Assembly: GCA_038897215.1 (NCBI GenBank)
Contig: JAWAWX010000001.1
Span: 992,001 to 1,056,000 of the forward strand
DNA length: 64,000 bases
Source of the DNA: Acidilobaceae archaeon
GTDB lineage: Archaea > Thermoproteota > Thermoprotei_A > Sulfolobales > Acidilobaceae
Direction of reading: 5' to 3'
Position numbers and translations under genes: made by a program. Shown piece by piece: positions 29,306 through 39,195 of this stretch. Within the stretch, counting starts at the first letter, position 1. Each line of letters opens with the position of its first letter. The notes under the pieces are model-generated. The model had not been told where the DNA came from. It did not search any database and saw only the letters and a list, made by a program, of their open reading frames with translations.

Positions 29306-30573
29306 TCCTCCACACCTCTGTAGAGGTATACCTCCACTACCTCCCCCTCATCGTACCCCTCTCTAGTCTCAGGGACTACTAGGAGACCGTTCCCTCTCAC
29401 TAGAGTGCTGAGCACTCCGCTACCTGTGACTGCGAGAGGCTCAACGTATACCCCCCCGTCTCCGCTCCTGAATACCCTTACTCTCACATAGCTTCTCACA
29501 TTGTAGGGGGTTGTGACTCTCCTGAGCAAGACTCCCGAGACTACGGGTCTCGGCTCGCTTTGAGCGCTCACCATGTGGTTGAGGATAGGCTCTACTAGCG
29601 CCTCGAATCCAACGATCGCAGCTACGGGGAACCCGCTCAGAATGAAGACGGGCTTCCCGTTGACTACGGCTATGCTGTTAGCTCTACCTGGTCTCATGAG
29701 CACTCCGTGGGCTATGTACTCGGGGTTCAGCTTTGAGACCGCTGACACTGTGACGTCTACTCTGCCGACTGAGGCTCCTCCGAGAGTCACTACTGCGTCG
29801 TAGCTCGAGAGAGCTCCTCTAACAGTCTCCAAGACCGCGGCCTCGTCGTCTGGAAGAAGCCCCATGTAGACTGGAGTGAAGCCTAGCCTCTCTATCATAG
29901 CGGTTATAGCGAACCTGTTCGAGTTCACTACCTTGCCCTCACTGTAGACTCTAACCGGGTCCTCTACGTCCTCCAGCTCTACCAGCTCGCTACCTATACT
30001 GACTACTGCTACCCTGAGGTCGTAGACTTTGACTCGCTTAAGCCCCATAGCCGCGATTATAGCGAGATCCCAGGGCTGTAGCCTAGCTCCTCTCCTGAGG
30101 AGAACCTCCCCTTCTCTGAAATCCTCCCCCACGATAGACACGTTGGCGCCCGGGGCTACTGCTGAGTATACCTCCACCTCGCTCTCGCTAACTCTCCTAG
30201 TGTTCTCGTACATGACAACTGAGTCAGCGTCCTCAGGTAGGCAGGCACCCGTGGAGACCTCGACTGCCTCCCCTGCTCTCAGCTTCACACTAGGCTTGTC
30301 GCCGACTCTAATGAAGCCAACGACCTTGAGTCTAGCCGGGTTGTAGAGGCTAGAGCCTACAGTGTCTACGCTACGAACAGCGTAGCCGTCGACTAGGCTT
30401 CTTCTACACGTAGGGAGGCTGAAGGAGGGGATGAGGTCTTCGGCTAAGATTTTGCCGAGTGCTTTCTCGAGAGGTATCTCGACTACTGGAGGTTTGTGGG
30501 TCACTCTCCTCTTAGCGTCCTCGACGACCTCCACTACGCTCTTGAACTTCTTGAAGCCTCCTGGAGAGCTCAA
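29302..30573 (-). CDS. moeA: molybdopterin molybdenumtransferase MoeA
   Basis: SLVDGYAV, STGA, GGASVG, RPGR, LSGFPV, GSGVLSTL. Confidence 0.92.
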   Translation of the reverse strand: MSSPGGFKKFKSVVEVVEDAKRRVTHKPPVVEIPLEKALGKILAEDLIPSFSLPTCRRSLVDGYAVRSVDTVGSSLYNPARLKVVGFIRVGDKPSVKLRAGEAVEVSTGACLPEDADSVVMYENTRRVSESEVEVYSAVAPGANVSIVGEDFREGEVLLRRGARLQPWDLAIIAAMGLKRVKVYDLRVAVVSIGSELVELEDVEDPVRVYSEGKVVNSNRFAITAMIERLGFTPVYMGLLPDDEAAVLETVRGALSSYDAVVTLGGASVGRVDVTVSAVSKLNPEYIAHGVLMRPGRANSIAVVNGKPVFILSGFPVAAIVGFEALVEPILNHMVSAQSEPRPVVSGVLLRRVTTPYNVRSYVRVRVFRSGDGGVYVEPLAVTGSGVLSTLVRGNGLLVVPETREGYDEGEVVEVYLYRGVEE

Positions 30574-30685
30574 GCTGAAGTCACCGAGGAGTAATCTATG
30601 GGAATCAGTTACCCTAATATATTAACAGCCTCTACGGAGAGCTTAATACCCAGCCTGAGCGATCTAGAGCTTTGAGGCGGTCTCA

Positions 30686-31735
30686 GTGTTCGCCCGACAT
30701 CCTCTAGAGTCTAGAGAGAGCAGGATATCTAGGAGTAGACTCGCCGAGGCTCTCAGGCTATCAATGATGGCTGAGCTAGACGCTATAAACATGTATCTCC
30801 AGTTCGCTGAAGCCTTGGAGGACGAGAGGTTCAGGAAGCTCTTCCTCGACGTGGCCAGAGAGGAGAAGACCCACCTGGGAGAGTTCCTGGCTGCTCTAAG
30901 AGAGGTCGATGAGGAGCAGGCGAGAGAACTCGAAGAAGGCTATAGAGAGGCGGCTGAGCTACTGGGAGCTAGAGTCGAGGGAGAGCGCTCGACCGAGAAT
31001 CCTTCAGCGAGAGCTCTAGACCCCGAGAGTCTAGCGAGAGAGCTGGAGAAGAGTTCTAGAGAGGCTCTCGAGAAGCTGAGAGTCTTCAGGAAGCACATCC
31101 CCGTAGTCAGAGTACCGCCGGGAACTCTAGCTGTGCCCGTGAGGCAGGACCTTGAAGAGCTGGCTCGGCTAACAGAGATATCGGATAAGATCCGCTTATC
31201 TAAGCTAGCTCTAGAAGCCTCCGGCTTAGCTAACACCACGCTGTACGCTGAAGAGGTCTGGAGAGCTGCGAGAGAGATAGCGAGAAGAGAGAACACTCTA
31301 ATACTCGACTCTCTGAGAGAGCGAGCACGCGTCAAGACGAGCAGGAGAAGCTGGGACACGCCGGGAGAGGCCTTGGAGGACGTTGCCTCAGCTCTGGCAG
31401 AGCTCTTGAGGAATGGAGCAGTACCGCCATTCATCCTAGTCCTGAGTCCCGCTACGTACGCTAAGCTGGTTGCTGTTCACGAGAAGACGGGAGTCCTGGA
31501 GGTAGAGAGAGTCAGAGCTCTCGTAGGAGAGATCGTGGTCTCTCCGGAGGCGGGAGACTACGTGATCCTAGCGTCAGCAAACCCCGCTGTTCTCGACCTC
31601 GTGGTTGGAGCGGATGGAGACGTAGAGTTCCTAGGCCCCGAGAACGGACACTACGTCTACAGGCTACGCGAGACTATAGCTCTCAGAGTGAAGAGCCCCG
31701 AGTGTGTAGCCGTGCTCGAGAGTAAGCGGGGATGA
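30686..31735 (+). CDS. family 1 encapsulin shell protein with N-terminally fused ferritin-like (Flp/EncFtn) domain
   Basis: N-terminal AELDAINMYLQ...REEKTHLGEF di-iron motif; C-terminal encapsulin-like AAREIARREN, PFILVLSP, LDLVVG, RETIALRVKSPE. Confidence 0.85.
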   Translation: MFARHPLESRESRISRSRLAEALRLSMMAELDAINMYLQFAEALEDERFRKLFLDVAREEKTHLGEFLAALREVDEEQARELEEGYREAAELLGARVEGERSTENPSARALDPESLARELEKSSREALEKLRVFRKHIPVVRVPPGTLAVPVRQDLEELARLTEISDKIRLSKLALEASGLANTTLYAEEVWRAAREIARRENTLILDSLRERARVKTSRRSWDTPGEALEDVASALAELLRNGAVPPFILVLSPATYAKLVAVHEKTGVLEVERVRALVGEIVVSPEAGDYVILASANPAVLDLVVGADGDVEFLGPENGHYVYRLRETIALRVKSPECVAVLESKRG

Positions 31736-31739
31736 GTTC

Positions 31740-32198
31740 TTGCCTGGAGCCTCGATGGTAGACGTCACGGAGAAGCCTGTGAGCCTGAGAGAGGCGGTAG
31801 CTAGAGGCAGGGTATTGCTGAAGCCTGAGACAGTGAAGCTGATCAGGGAGAGGAGAGTAGAGAAGGGTGATGTTGAGAGCGTGGCATCAGTAGCAGCTAT
31901 ACTTGCTGTTAAGAGAACACCCGAGATTATACCTCTCTGCCACCCCATCCCCATAACCCACGTTAGCGTAGACTTCTCCTATGGAGAGGACTACGTGGAG
32001 GTAGCTGTTAGAGTGAGAGCTAAGGCTGAGACAGGGGTAGAGATGGAGGCTCTAGCTGGGGTCACGGCTGCTCTCCTAGCCGTCTGGGATATGGTCAAAA
32101 AGTATGAGAAAGACGAGGCTGGCCAGTACCCGACGACTAGGATCGAGGGGGTTAGAGTAGAGTCTAAGACTAAGCTAGTCCTTGAGGAAAAAGTCTAG
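31740..32198 (+). CDS. moaC: cyclic pyranopterin monophosphate synthase MoaC
   Basis: MVDVTEK, IPLCHPI, TGVEMEAL, WDMVK. Confidence 0.96.
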   Translation: MPGASMVDVTEKPVSLREAVARGRVLLKPETVKLIRERRVEKGDVESVASVAAILAVKRTPEIIPLCHPIPITHVSVDFSYGEDYVEVAVRVRAKAETGVEMEALAGVTAALLAVWDMVKKYEKDEAGQYPTTRIEGVRVESKTKLVLEEKV

Positions 32199-33605
32199 AC
32201 CCTTGAACTTAGCCTCTCTCCTCTCTCTATCCTCAACGGCTCTCCTCCCCTCCTCGCTAGGCTTTGGCTGAACTCTCTGAGGCTTCTGCTTCTCCGGAGG
32301 CGGGGCTTCACGCATTCTCTTAAGCTTCTCCACAGCTCTCACAACGTTCTCAGCATTAGGACCCGCTAGAAACTTGACCATCTCCTTGTCGAGACCGTAG
32401 CCGATAGCCAGCCTTGCTGCTGTAAGCGTAGACTCGGGGCTCCTGAATATAGCGAAGAGGAAGGGGAGTATCTCAGCCTTTATGAGGCTTCTAGAGGCTA
32501 GAATCCTGTGCGATAGATGGTCCGCGATTCTCTCTCTAGCCTCTCTAGCGCTCTTCAGCTGCGCCGCGAGCTTTATCTTATCGGGATAGCTGTATCTAGA
32601 TGGAGAGAGCTTAGAGGACGGAGACTTGGCTAGAGCCACGCCCGGCCCCATCATGTCGAAGACGTAGGATAGCAGACTCCACTCTCCCAGAGTCTTGGCT
32701 CTAGACAAGTACACTGAGGCTCTGCTGAGTGCTTCGAGAGCCCTGTAGAGGTCCGAGGGGTCAGCGTACTTCTTGTGTATGTTGTCTGAGAGCCAGAGTA
32801 GGAGAGTCTCGTAGTCTAGCTCGCTCTGAGTTACAGCACTCTTCGCTTTCCAGCACTTGTCAGCGTATATTATCGAGTTGAGAGTCCTCCAGACGTCTAT
32901 ACTCTTCTCTCTACCCTTGACGAGCATTCTGGCAAGGTCTAGAGTAACTCTGCCATAGCCTTCTGCTAGAGCCTGGAGATCGTTTATCGCTGCTCTAGCG
33001 TCTCCCTCGCTCTTCTCGGCTATGAATCTGAGAGCTTCTCTATCACACTGAATCCTCTCCATATCGCAGATCTTCTGGAGAAGCGAGACTAGCATTGGTG
33101 GAGTGAGGTTCTTGAACTCCACCATCAAGACTAGATTCTCGTCTCTCAGAGGTCTCAGACTCTCTTTCCACGGGTCGTTCGCCGTCATGACTATAGGATT
33201 CTGGGTCTTCTTGATGAATTCTATTAGAGTCTCGAGGCCACCCTCGTCTGCTTTAGGGTCCATCCCGTCTACTTCATCCATCAGTATTATTAAGCCTCTC
33301 TTCATGAGAGGCCTCTTGCTAATAGCTACTCCTACTGTTCTCTCTATGTCCGCCTTCCTCCTATAGTCGCTAGCATTTAGTTCTAGAATCTCGAGGTCGT
33401 GCTCGCGAGCTATGGCTTCCACGAGGCTAGTCTTCCCGACACCCGGAGGCCCGTAGAGTAGCGCTGCCTTCTGTCTAGGGGGCTTTCCGGAAAGCCATTC
33501 TCTAATCCACTCTACGAGAGCCTTCTTTGCTTCTTCCTGGTCTACTACATCGTCTACTCTTCTAGGCCTGTACTTGATGACCCAGGGTAGAGCTCTCTCC
33601 TGCAT
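32175..33605 (-). CDS. rfcL: replication factor C large subunit
   Basis: PWVIKYRP, GPPGVGKT, ELNASD, DEVDG, GDARAAIND. Confidence 0.95.
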   Translation of the reverse strand: MQERALPWVIKYRPRRVDDVVDQEEAKKALVEWIREWLSGKPPRQKAALLYGPPGVGKTSLVEAIAREHDLEILELNASDYRRKADIERTVGVAISKRPLMKRGLIILMDEVDGMDPKADEGGLETLIEFIKKTQNPIVMTANDPWKESLRPLRDENLVLMVEFKNLTPPMLVSLLQKICDMERIQCDREALRFIAEKSEGDARAAINDLQALAEGYGRVTLDLARMLVKGREKSIDVWRTLNSIIYADKCWKAKSAVTQSELDYETLLLWLSDNIHKKYADPSDLYRALEALSRASVYLSRAKTLGEWSLLSYVFDMMGPGVALAKSPSSKLSPSRYSYPDKIKLAAQLKSAREARERIADHLSHRILASRSLIKAEILPFLFAIFRSPESTLTAARLAIGYGLDKEMVKFLAGPNAENVVRAVEKLKRMREAPPPEKQKPQRVQPKPSEEGRRAVEDRERREAKFKGLDFFLKD

Positions 33606-33606
33606 T

Positions 33607-34581
33607 TCAGCCTAGTCTCCTCCCTAGCAGAGAGAGCCACGCTAGTAGAGCTGAGAGCTGGATATCGTCGTCTGCTCCCTCGACTAGCCTGAAGTGTATT
33701 TCTCCCAGGTAGTCTGCTATGAGTACTCTGACCTCTTCTGGGATGTTGAGGTCGGGGCCGAAGATCTCTCTGTGGATCTGCCTTACTATATCCTCCCCGC
33801 TCAGACCGTACTCTAGCATAAGCTTTCTCAGCATGTTGCGAGCTGTCAGGAAGTCTCCTCCGAGAGCAGTCTTGATCATCTCTCTAACCTCCTTAGGCTT
33901 AGCCATACCCACGACTTTGAAGACAGAGTCGACAGTGACCCTGCCTAGAGCTGAAGCGGCTTGAAGGATGTTTATCGCTTTCCTCATGTCTCCCTCACTT
34001 ATCTCATATATGACGTCAAGAGCTTCATCGTCGTAGCTGACACCCTCTCTCTCAGCTATGTACTTAAGCCTGCTCACCACGTCCTCTTTCTTGAGCGACG
34101 TGAATCTAAAGAACGCGCACCTGCTCTGAATAGGGTCTATGATCTTAGAGGGGTAATTCGCTATCAGTATGAATCTCGTCACGCCAGAGTATAGCTCCAT
34201 GAGTCTTCTGAGAGCTTGCTGAGCATCGCCAGTCATGTTGTCTGCCTCGTCTAAGAGCACGATCTTAAAGGGAACCCCCTCGGGAGCACGGCTTCTAGCG
34301 AACTCCTTAACCTTCTCTCTTATCACGTTAATGCCTCTCTCATCGCTAGCGTTGAGTTCCAGCATGTACTGCCTGTAGTTCTCCCCGTAGAGGTCGTGTG
34401 CTAGAGCGTGAGCAGCCGTAGTCTTCCCCGTGCCCGGCGGTCCGGCGAAAAGCAAATGGGGCATGTTTCTCTCTTTTACGAATAGCTTGAGCCTAGCTAC
34501 TACCTCCGTCTGGTTGACTATATCGTCTAGAGTTCTCGGTCTATACTTCTCGACCCAGAGGATCTCGGCTATCGAGCTCAC
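33607..34581 (-). CDS. rfcS: replication factor C small subunit (no intein)
   Basis: WVEKYRP, GPPGTGKT, LNASDERG, DEAD, SRC. Confidence 0.96.
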   Translation of the reverse strand: MSSIAEILWVEKYRPRTLDDIVNQTEVVARLKLFVKERNMPHLLFAGPPGTGKTTAAHALAHDLYGENYRQYMLELNASDERGINVIREKVKEFARSRAPEGVPFKIVLLDEADNMTGDAQQALRRLMELYSGVTRFILIANYPSKIIDPIQSRCAFFRFTSLKKEDVVSRLKYIAEREGVSYDDEALDVIYEISEGDMRKAINILQAASALGRVTVDSVFKVVGMAKPKEVREMIKTALGGDFLTARNMLRKLMLEYGLSGEDIVRQIHREIFGPDLNIPEEVRVLIADYLGEIHFRLVEGADDDIQLSALLAWLSLLGRRLG

Positions 34582-34658
34582 TGAGGCACACCCACTCCAC
34601 TCTTATCGCGAGCAGAGAGACTTTAAAAGAGGCACGAGGCTAGTCTCTTTTCTGCTCT

Positions 34659-35720
34659 CTACCAGAAGGCTCTGTAGTCTTCGAGAGTTCCAGCTAGAGC
34701 CATGCGGGCCTCTCCCGGAGTCAGAACTGGCTTGTGATACTCCCACAAGTCGTCTATAGGTAGTCTGGGGCAGCTCGTCACAACAAATGCCTCTATCCAG
34801 GAGCTATCGATATCCGCTATCCTCTCTAACGTGAGAACACTAGTAGCTACCAGCACGTACTCTCTACCACTATCCTCTAGGAGCTTCTTGAGAGACTCTA
34901 CGAGCCAGTCTCTATACTGACATGTCTTCAAGCCGACTACTATAGCCCACCTCTTCGCCGCGATAGCCTGCTGGACTTTGAATAAGCGGATTCTCAGATA
35001 CTTGACTCCTAATGGAGTGACGTCCATGACTCTATCCTCGTGGGGGTCGATCTTGACCACGGGCTTCCGTGCAACGAGATAGAGCCCCAGAGGGTGGAAT
35101 AGCCCCCCGCCTAGGTACAGGTATGCATCTACATCGATAGACGTCGCTACCCTATACTCGCAACCTATGACCTGACCGTCTAGAAGATATGGAGGCAAGC
35201 CTTTCGGAATACTGGGCTCAAGCCCCCTCCTTTCTATCTGAAGAGCTAGCTTCGAGAGCCTACTAACGTGCTGTAGGGGGGCAACCAAGCCTACTCTCTT
35301 AGCATTATAGGACCTCAAGATCTCCAACGCTTCCTCGACCGCTCTCTCTGAAAAGTCGACTCTACTGTATGCGGGAACGTAGACGACGCTAGCTTTCTCA
35401 ACTCTACCTCTCGTAGATAGCGAGCAAAGCCATGGGGGGTAGGGTGTGTGCCCAACATGCACTATCAGGTCAGGCTTGATAGTGTTCTCTAGAACGTCTA
35501 AGTCTAGATCGCACGCTCCATACGAGCCCTCGCCCGACACGTAGACCTCGATTGCTCCCCCAAGTCTTCTCTTAATACATAGCGATAGCATGGGTGAGTA
35601 CTGCTTGATGCCATCAGGCAGCTGAATAACCACTCTTCTAGCACTACGTTCTTCGATAACCTTAACCACAGCATCTAGGTCGATCTCGTAGGGTATACTC
35701 TCTAGCTCTCTACACTCCAC
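34659..35720 (-). CDS. dph2: 2-(3-amino-3-carboxypropyl)histidine synthase Dph2
   Basis: QLPDG, YGACD, GQVIGC, GGGLFH, CPRLPIDD, PVLTP. Confidence 0.94.
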   Translation of the reverse strand: MECRELESIPYEIDLDAVVKVIEERSARRVVIQLPDGIKQYSPMLSLCIKRRLGGAIEVYVSGEGSYGACDLDLDVLENTIKPDLIVHVGHTPYPPWLCSLSTRGRVEKASVVYVPAYSRVDFSERAVEEALEILRSYNAKRVGLVAPLQHVSRLSKLALQIERRGLEPSIPKGLPPYLLDGQVIGCEYRVATSIDVDAYLYLGGGLFHPLGLYLVARKPVVKIDPHEDRVMDVTPLGVKYLRIRLFKVQQAIAAKRWAIVVGLKTCQYRDWLVESLKKLLEDSGREYVLVATSVLTLERIADIDSSWIEAFVVTSCPRLPIDDLWEYHKPVLTPGEARMALAGTLEDYRAFW

Positions 35721-35805
35721 CTAGAGCTCTACCCCCGTTCCATCTAGGTCTTGAGGCGAATACCTTATAGGCTCAATAGAGCGAGCCTAGGCTGGAGGGT
35801 GAGCC

Positions 35806-36549
35806 TTGTTCAGACTCCACTTCAAAGACGCTAGAACCTGGAGATACATAGTCTCGAGTATCGAGAAGATACTAGATGAGGGAGTATTCGTAGCTAGCAG
35901 AGAGGGGTTAAGGCTAAGAGCACTAGACCCGAGCCACATCGTCATGGTCGACTTATTCTACCCGGCTTCTGCTTTCATAGACTACCAGCTAGATAGAGAC
36001 GAGGTAGAGATAGGAGTCTCGTTCGATACCCTCACTAAAGTCTTGAGGAGAGGCGGTAAGGACGACGAGCTGGTGATAGAGCTAGAAGGGAGCAACCTGG
36101 CTGTTAGCTTCCTAGGCAAAGGAGTCCGGAAATTCACGATACCAACCATAACTCTACTCTACGAGAAGCTCCCAGAACCTAAGGTCAGCTTTACAGTCAA
36201 GGCTAAGATGTTGAGTAGCATATTCAGAGACACTATTAAATCGCTAGCAGAGTTTGGAGAAAGCCTGACCTTCAGAGCTAGAGAAGACGCGCTACTAGTA
36301 GTAGGTAGTAGTGACGTGATGAAGGGCGAGATAGAGCTATCTCTAGACAGGCAGTCGCTGATAGAGTATGAGGCAGAGAGTCTCGATGAAGCCAGCTACA
36401 CTCTAGAATACTTCACGTACATGGCTACAGCTTCTCAAGCAGCAGACCTAGTGGGGATCAGGTATGCTAGCGAAGCTCCAGTGAGAGTAGACCTAGAGTA
36501 CATGGGTGGAGGCAGGCTGACATTCTATGTCTCACCGAGAGTCGCGTAG
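35806..36549 (+). CDS. pcn: DNA sliding clamp PCNA
   Basis: RALDPSHIVMVDL, C-terminal FYVSPR. Confidence 0.93.
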   Translation: MFRLHFKDARTWRYIVSSIEKILDEGVFVASREGLRLRALDPSHIVMVDLFYPASAFIDYQLDRDEVEIGVSFDTLTKVLRRGGKDDELVIELEGSNLAVSFLGKGVRKFTIPTITLLYEKLPEPKVSFTVKAKMLSSIFRDTIKSLAEFGESLTFRAREDALLVVGSSDVMKGEIELSLDRQSLIEYEAESLDEASYTLEYFTYMATASQAADLVGIRYASEAPVRVDLEYMGGGRLTFYVSPRVA

Positions 36550-37603
36550 AGAGACTGTAGTCGAGTTGAAGAAGAGTAGTGGTGTTGATGCTCTAAAAGC
36601 TCTCTACAAGGCCTACTATGCTCGAAAACCTAGAGTCAAAGCTCCCACTCATATCGAGATGAGAGAGTTCGCTTTCCAGCTCTTCGAGAGAGAACCCTAT
36701 GTGAGACACCTCTCCTTCAAGTCTGAGAGAGAGCTCTCCGAGTATCTGGCTGAGAAAGCCCCGAGACACGCATACTACTCTGTTGCTCTCTACAGCTTCC
36801 CCGACGCTAAGTCTATGGAGGAGAAGGGGTGGAGAGGCTCGGAGCTTCTCTTCGACGTAGACTCAGACATGGTCCCCGACTGCGTTGCAGCCAGAGTAGG
36901 CGACGACTTGCTCGTTGACGACTCCTGCTTAGCTAAAGGCTTCAGGATAGCCTACAGGATATCCGTGATGCTACGCAGAGATCTAGGCATGGATTCCACC
37001 ATATACTTTACTGGAAACAGAGGCTTCCACGTTGTGGCTTTCTGCGAGTACTGTCTAGAGCTTAGTAGAGAAGAGAGGGAGGAGATAGCTTCATACATAG
37101 CTGGAGAGAATATCAGCCTGTCTAGGGTAGTCTTGATGGCAAGACGGGCTAGAAGGTCGAGCAAAGAGAGTATCGTGCTCTCACCCAACGACCCTGGTTG
37201 GAGAGGCTGGATTGGGTTAGAGCTTAGAGAAAGAGGTTTACCAGAGGAGGTCAGAGACCCCTCTCTACTAGAGTCTCTCATAGCTGAGCTCAAGATACCG
37301 ATAGATAAGCAGGTCACAGTAGACCCCACGAGGCTATCGAGGATTCGAGGTAGCTTGAACGGTAAAGCCTCTCTAATAGTCTCAGATATTCTAGACGAAT
37401 CCTTCACGCCTAGCTTCCAACTTTCACCCTTCAGGGGAGAGGTTTCCGTGAAGGCGAGAGTAGAGGTGCCCTCTATGAGGGTTCTCGGTAGAGAAGTTTC
37501 TCTGAGACCGGGAGAAGAGGCTGACCTCGAGGCCCCAATAGCTGTCCTCCTAGCAAGCAAGAATGCCGTCGAGATAGTGGGGGGAGAGGTAGTAGTTGAC
37601 TGA
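36527..37603 (+). CDS. priS: DNA primase small (catalytic) subunit
   Basis: REFAF, RHLSF, ELLFDVD, FTGNRGFH, IDKQVT, RLSR. Confidence 0.93.
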   Translation: MSHRESRRETVVELKKSSGVDALKALYKAYYARKPRVKAPTHIEMREFAFQLFEREPYVRHLSFKSERELSEYLAEKAPRHAYYSVALYSFPDAKSMEEKGWRGSELLFDVDSDMVPDCVAARVGDDLLVDDSCLAKGFRIAYRISVMLRRDLGMDSTIYFTGNRGFHVVAFCEYCLELSREEREEIASYIAGENISLSRVVLMARRARRSSKESIVLSPNDPGWRGWIGLELRERGLPEEVRDPSLLESLIAELKIPIDKQVTVDPTRLSRIRGSLNGKASLIVSDILDESFTPSFQLSPFRGEVSVKARVEVPSMRVLGREVSLRPGEEADLEAPIAVLLASKNAVEIVGGEVVVD

Positions 37604-38090
37604 GAGGGTTCCTGCTGGAGGACCCTATAGGGCTCTCTCCGGAATGCACGAGCCTCTCGTGCTCGAGAGTGTTAGAGAAGCGAGGAGGCTAGTCTCCATC
37701 TACTGCCAGCAACCAGAAGTATTCTGCGAGCAGTTCGTTAGCATTGTCTCGAGAGCAGCTGAGAAGATAGCTAGAGTGAGGGTAGAGGACTTGCTCGAAG
37801 CCAGAGACTATAAGGGTCTCGACCTCTCCTTCTTCGCTACTCTCAAGAAGCTTCTAGAGGTATACGCTAAATACATATCGGGGCTTCTAGTCACGTGGAA
37901 CGAGTACGTGATAGTGCAGTTTCTCGCAAGCACGGAGATAGGAGGCAGGGTTTACGAGAGAGGAGAGATAACGATCCTGCCGCTACACGAGGCGTCTCTA
38001 CTGAATGTGATTGGGTTAATAAAAGTCTTTGAGACATCAGCTCTACTTGAGTTAAAGAAGTCTACGGAGAAGACTAGAGCAACAGGATGA
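37596..38090 (+). CDS. GINS51 (Gins15) subunit
   Basis: Helical A-domain then short B-domain (YERGEITILP); conserved position after PCNA-priS. Confidence 0.65.
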   Translation: MTERVPAGGPYRALSGMHEPLVLESVREARRLVSIYCQQPEVFCEQFVSIVSRAAEKIARVRVEDLLEARDYKGLDLSFFATLKKLLEVYAKYISGLLVTWNEYVIVQFLASTEIGGRVYERGEITILPLHEASLLNVIGLIKVFETSALLELKKSTEKTRATG

Positions 38091-38379
38091 TCAGTAGAGC
38101 TACGAGGAAGCCGTAGATCGCTATACCCTCCCCTAGAGCCACAATAATCAGCAACATACCGGCGGCTTCTCTCCTCTCCGCCATAGCGCTAGCAGCTGCA
38201 GAGCCAGCCATAGCGATAGCTATGCCTCCAGCGATTCCAGCTATCCCTACAGCAGCAGCTGCCGCGGCTGCCTTATAGAGGACTATGCGAGCCTGGTCTT
38301 CCTGAGCTAGTACAGGCAAAGCTGAGACTACTAGCAACGCTAGAGCTAGTACCGGTAAGAGGTTTTTGAGCGCAGACAC
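38074..38379 (-). CDS. atpK: A-type ATP synthase proteolipid subunit K (c)
   Basis: Signal-like N-terminus (VLAQE); Gly/Ala-rich hairpin; ALGEGIAIYG with the catalytic Glu. Confidence 0.92.
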   Translation of the reverse strand: MSALKNLLPVLALALLVVSALPVLAQEDQARIVLYKAAAAAAAVGIAGIAGGIAIAMAGSAAASAMAERREAAGMLLIIVALGEGIAIYGFLVALLIILLL

Positions 38380-38585
38380 TCACAACACACCTCTCGCAGG
38401 CTAAAAACACGACAATCCTTTTAAACTCTACGTAGACTCGTGAAATCGAGAACGCTGCTACTGGAGAGGTTCAAAAACACTCCTCTAGCGCGAGCCCTCC
38501 GTGTCTAGGTCTCGCTAATGTGTTTCTAGTCAACGCTCTTGCAGCCAGCTCTAGCTACCTATGGGTTGAGTGAGGCTAGCGTATT

Positions 38586-38597
38586 GAAGTTTAAAAG
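38586..38597 (+). promoter_or_regulatory. putative TATA box of the rpl44e operon
   Basis: GAAGTTTAAAAG about 40 nt upstream of the start. Confidence 0.5.
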
Positions 38598-38634
38598 CCT
38601 GGAGTGCGTGATTCAAGGCTCCGGGAGAGTTTGA

Positions 38635-38922
38635 TTGAAATTCCCGAAGAAGATTAAAACGTATTGCCCCAGGTGTAGAACACACACTGAGCACAGCGTC
38701 TCAGTCTACAAGCATGGAAAGAGGAGAACCATGTCAGAGGGTCAGAGGAGATACTTGAGGAAGCTTGAGGGCTATGGGGGTAAAAGGAAGCCTGAGCAGA
38801 AGGATTTCGCTAAGGTGACTAAGAAAATCGTCTTGAGGATAGCTTGCGGACAGTGTGGCTACAAGAGACACATACTGAATATAAGGCTCAAGAAGGTAGA
38901 ACTCGTAGAGCCGGCTAGGTGA
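38635..38922 (+). CDS. rpl44e: 50S ribosomal protein L44e
   Basis: [31 protein letters not shown]. Confidence 0.97.
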   Translation: MKFPKKIKTYCPRCRTHTEHSVSVYKHGKRRTMSEGQRRYLRKLEGYGGKRKPEQKDFAKVTKKIVLRIACGQCGYKRHILNIRLKKVELVEPAR

Positions 38923-39146
38923 CGCTCATGAGCCTGCCTCCCGTGGGGGTTAAGAAGAGAAGAATACTTGTGCCTCAGCCTAGAAGCAGGTTCCTCTTAG
39001 TTGTATGCAATCAATGCGGTAACTCGCAAGTAGTCTTTACTCACGCAACGTTCCCAGCTCGATGCCTCCTCTGTGGAGCCCAGCTTGTTGCGCCGACTGG
39101 GGGGAAGGCGCAGATCCAGGGGAAAATCGAGAGAATACTAGGCTAG
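38919..39146 (+). CDS. rps27e: 30S ribosomal protein S27e
   Basis: [28 protein letters not shown]. Confidence 0.97.
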   Translation: MTLMSLPPVGVKKRRILVPQPRSRFLLVVCNQCGNSQVVFTHATFPARCLLCGAQLVAPTGGKAQIQGKIERILG

Positions 39147-39195
39147 CCTCTATCTCAACCAGCTCTCCTCAAGACCTCGGGGTCTCGGAGAGTTT

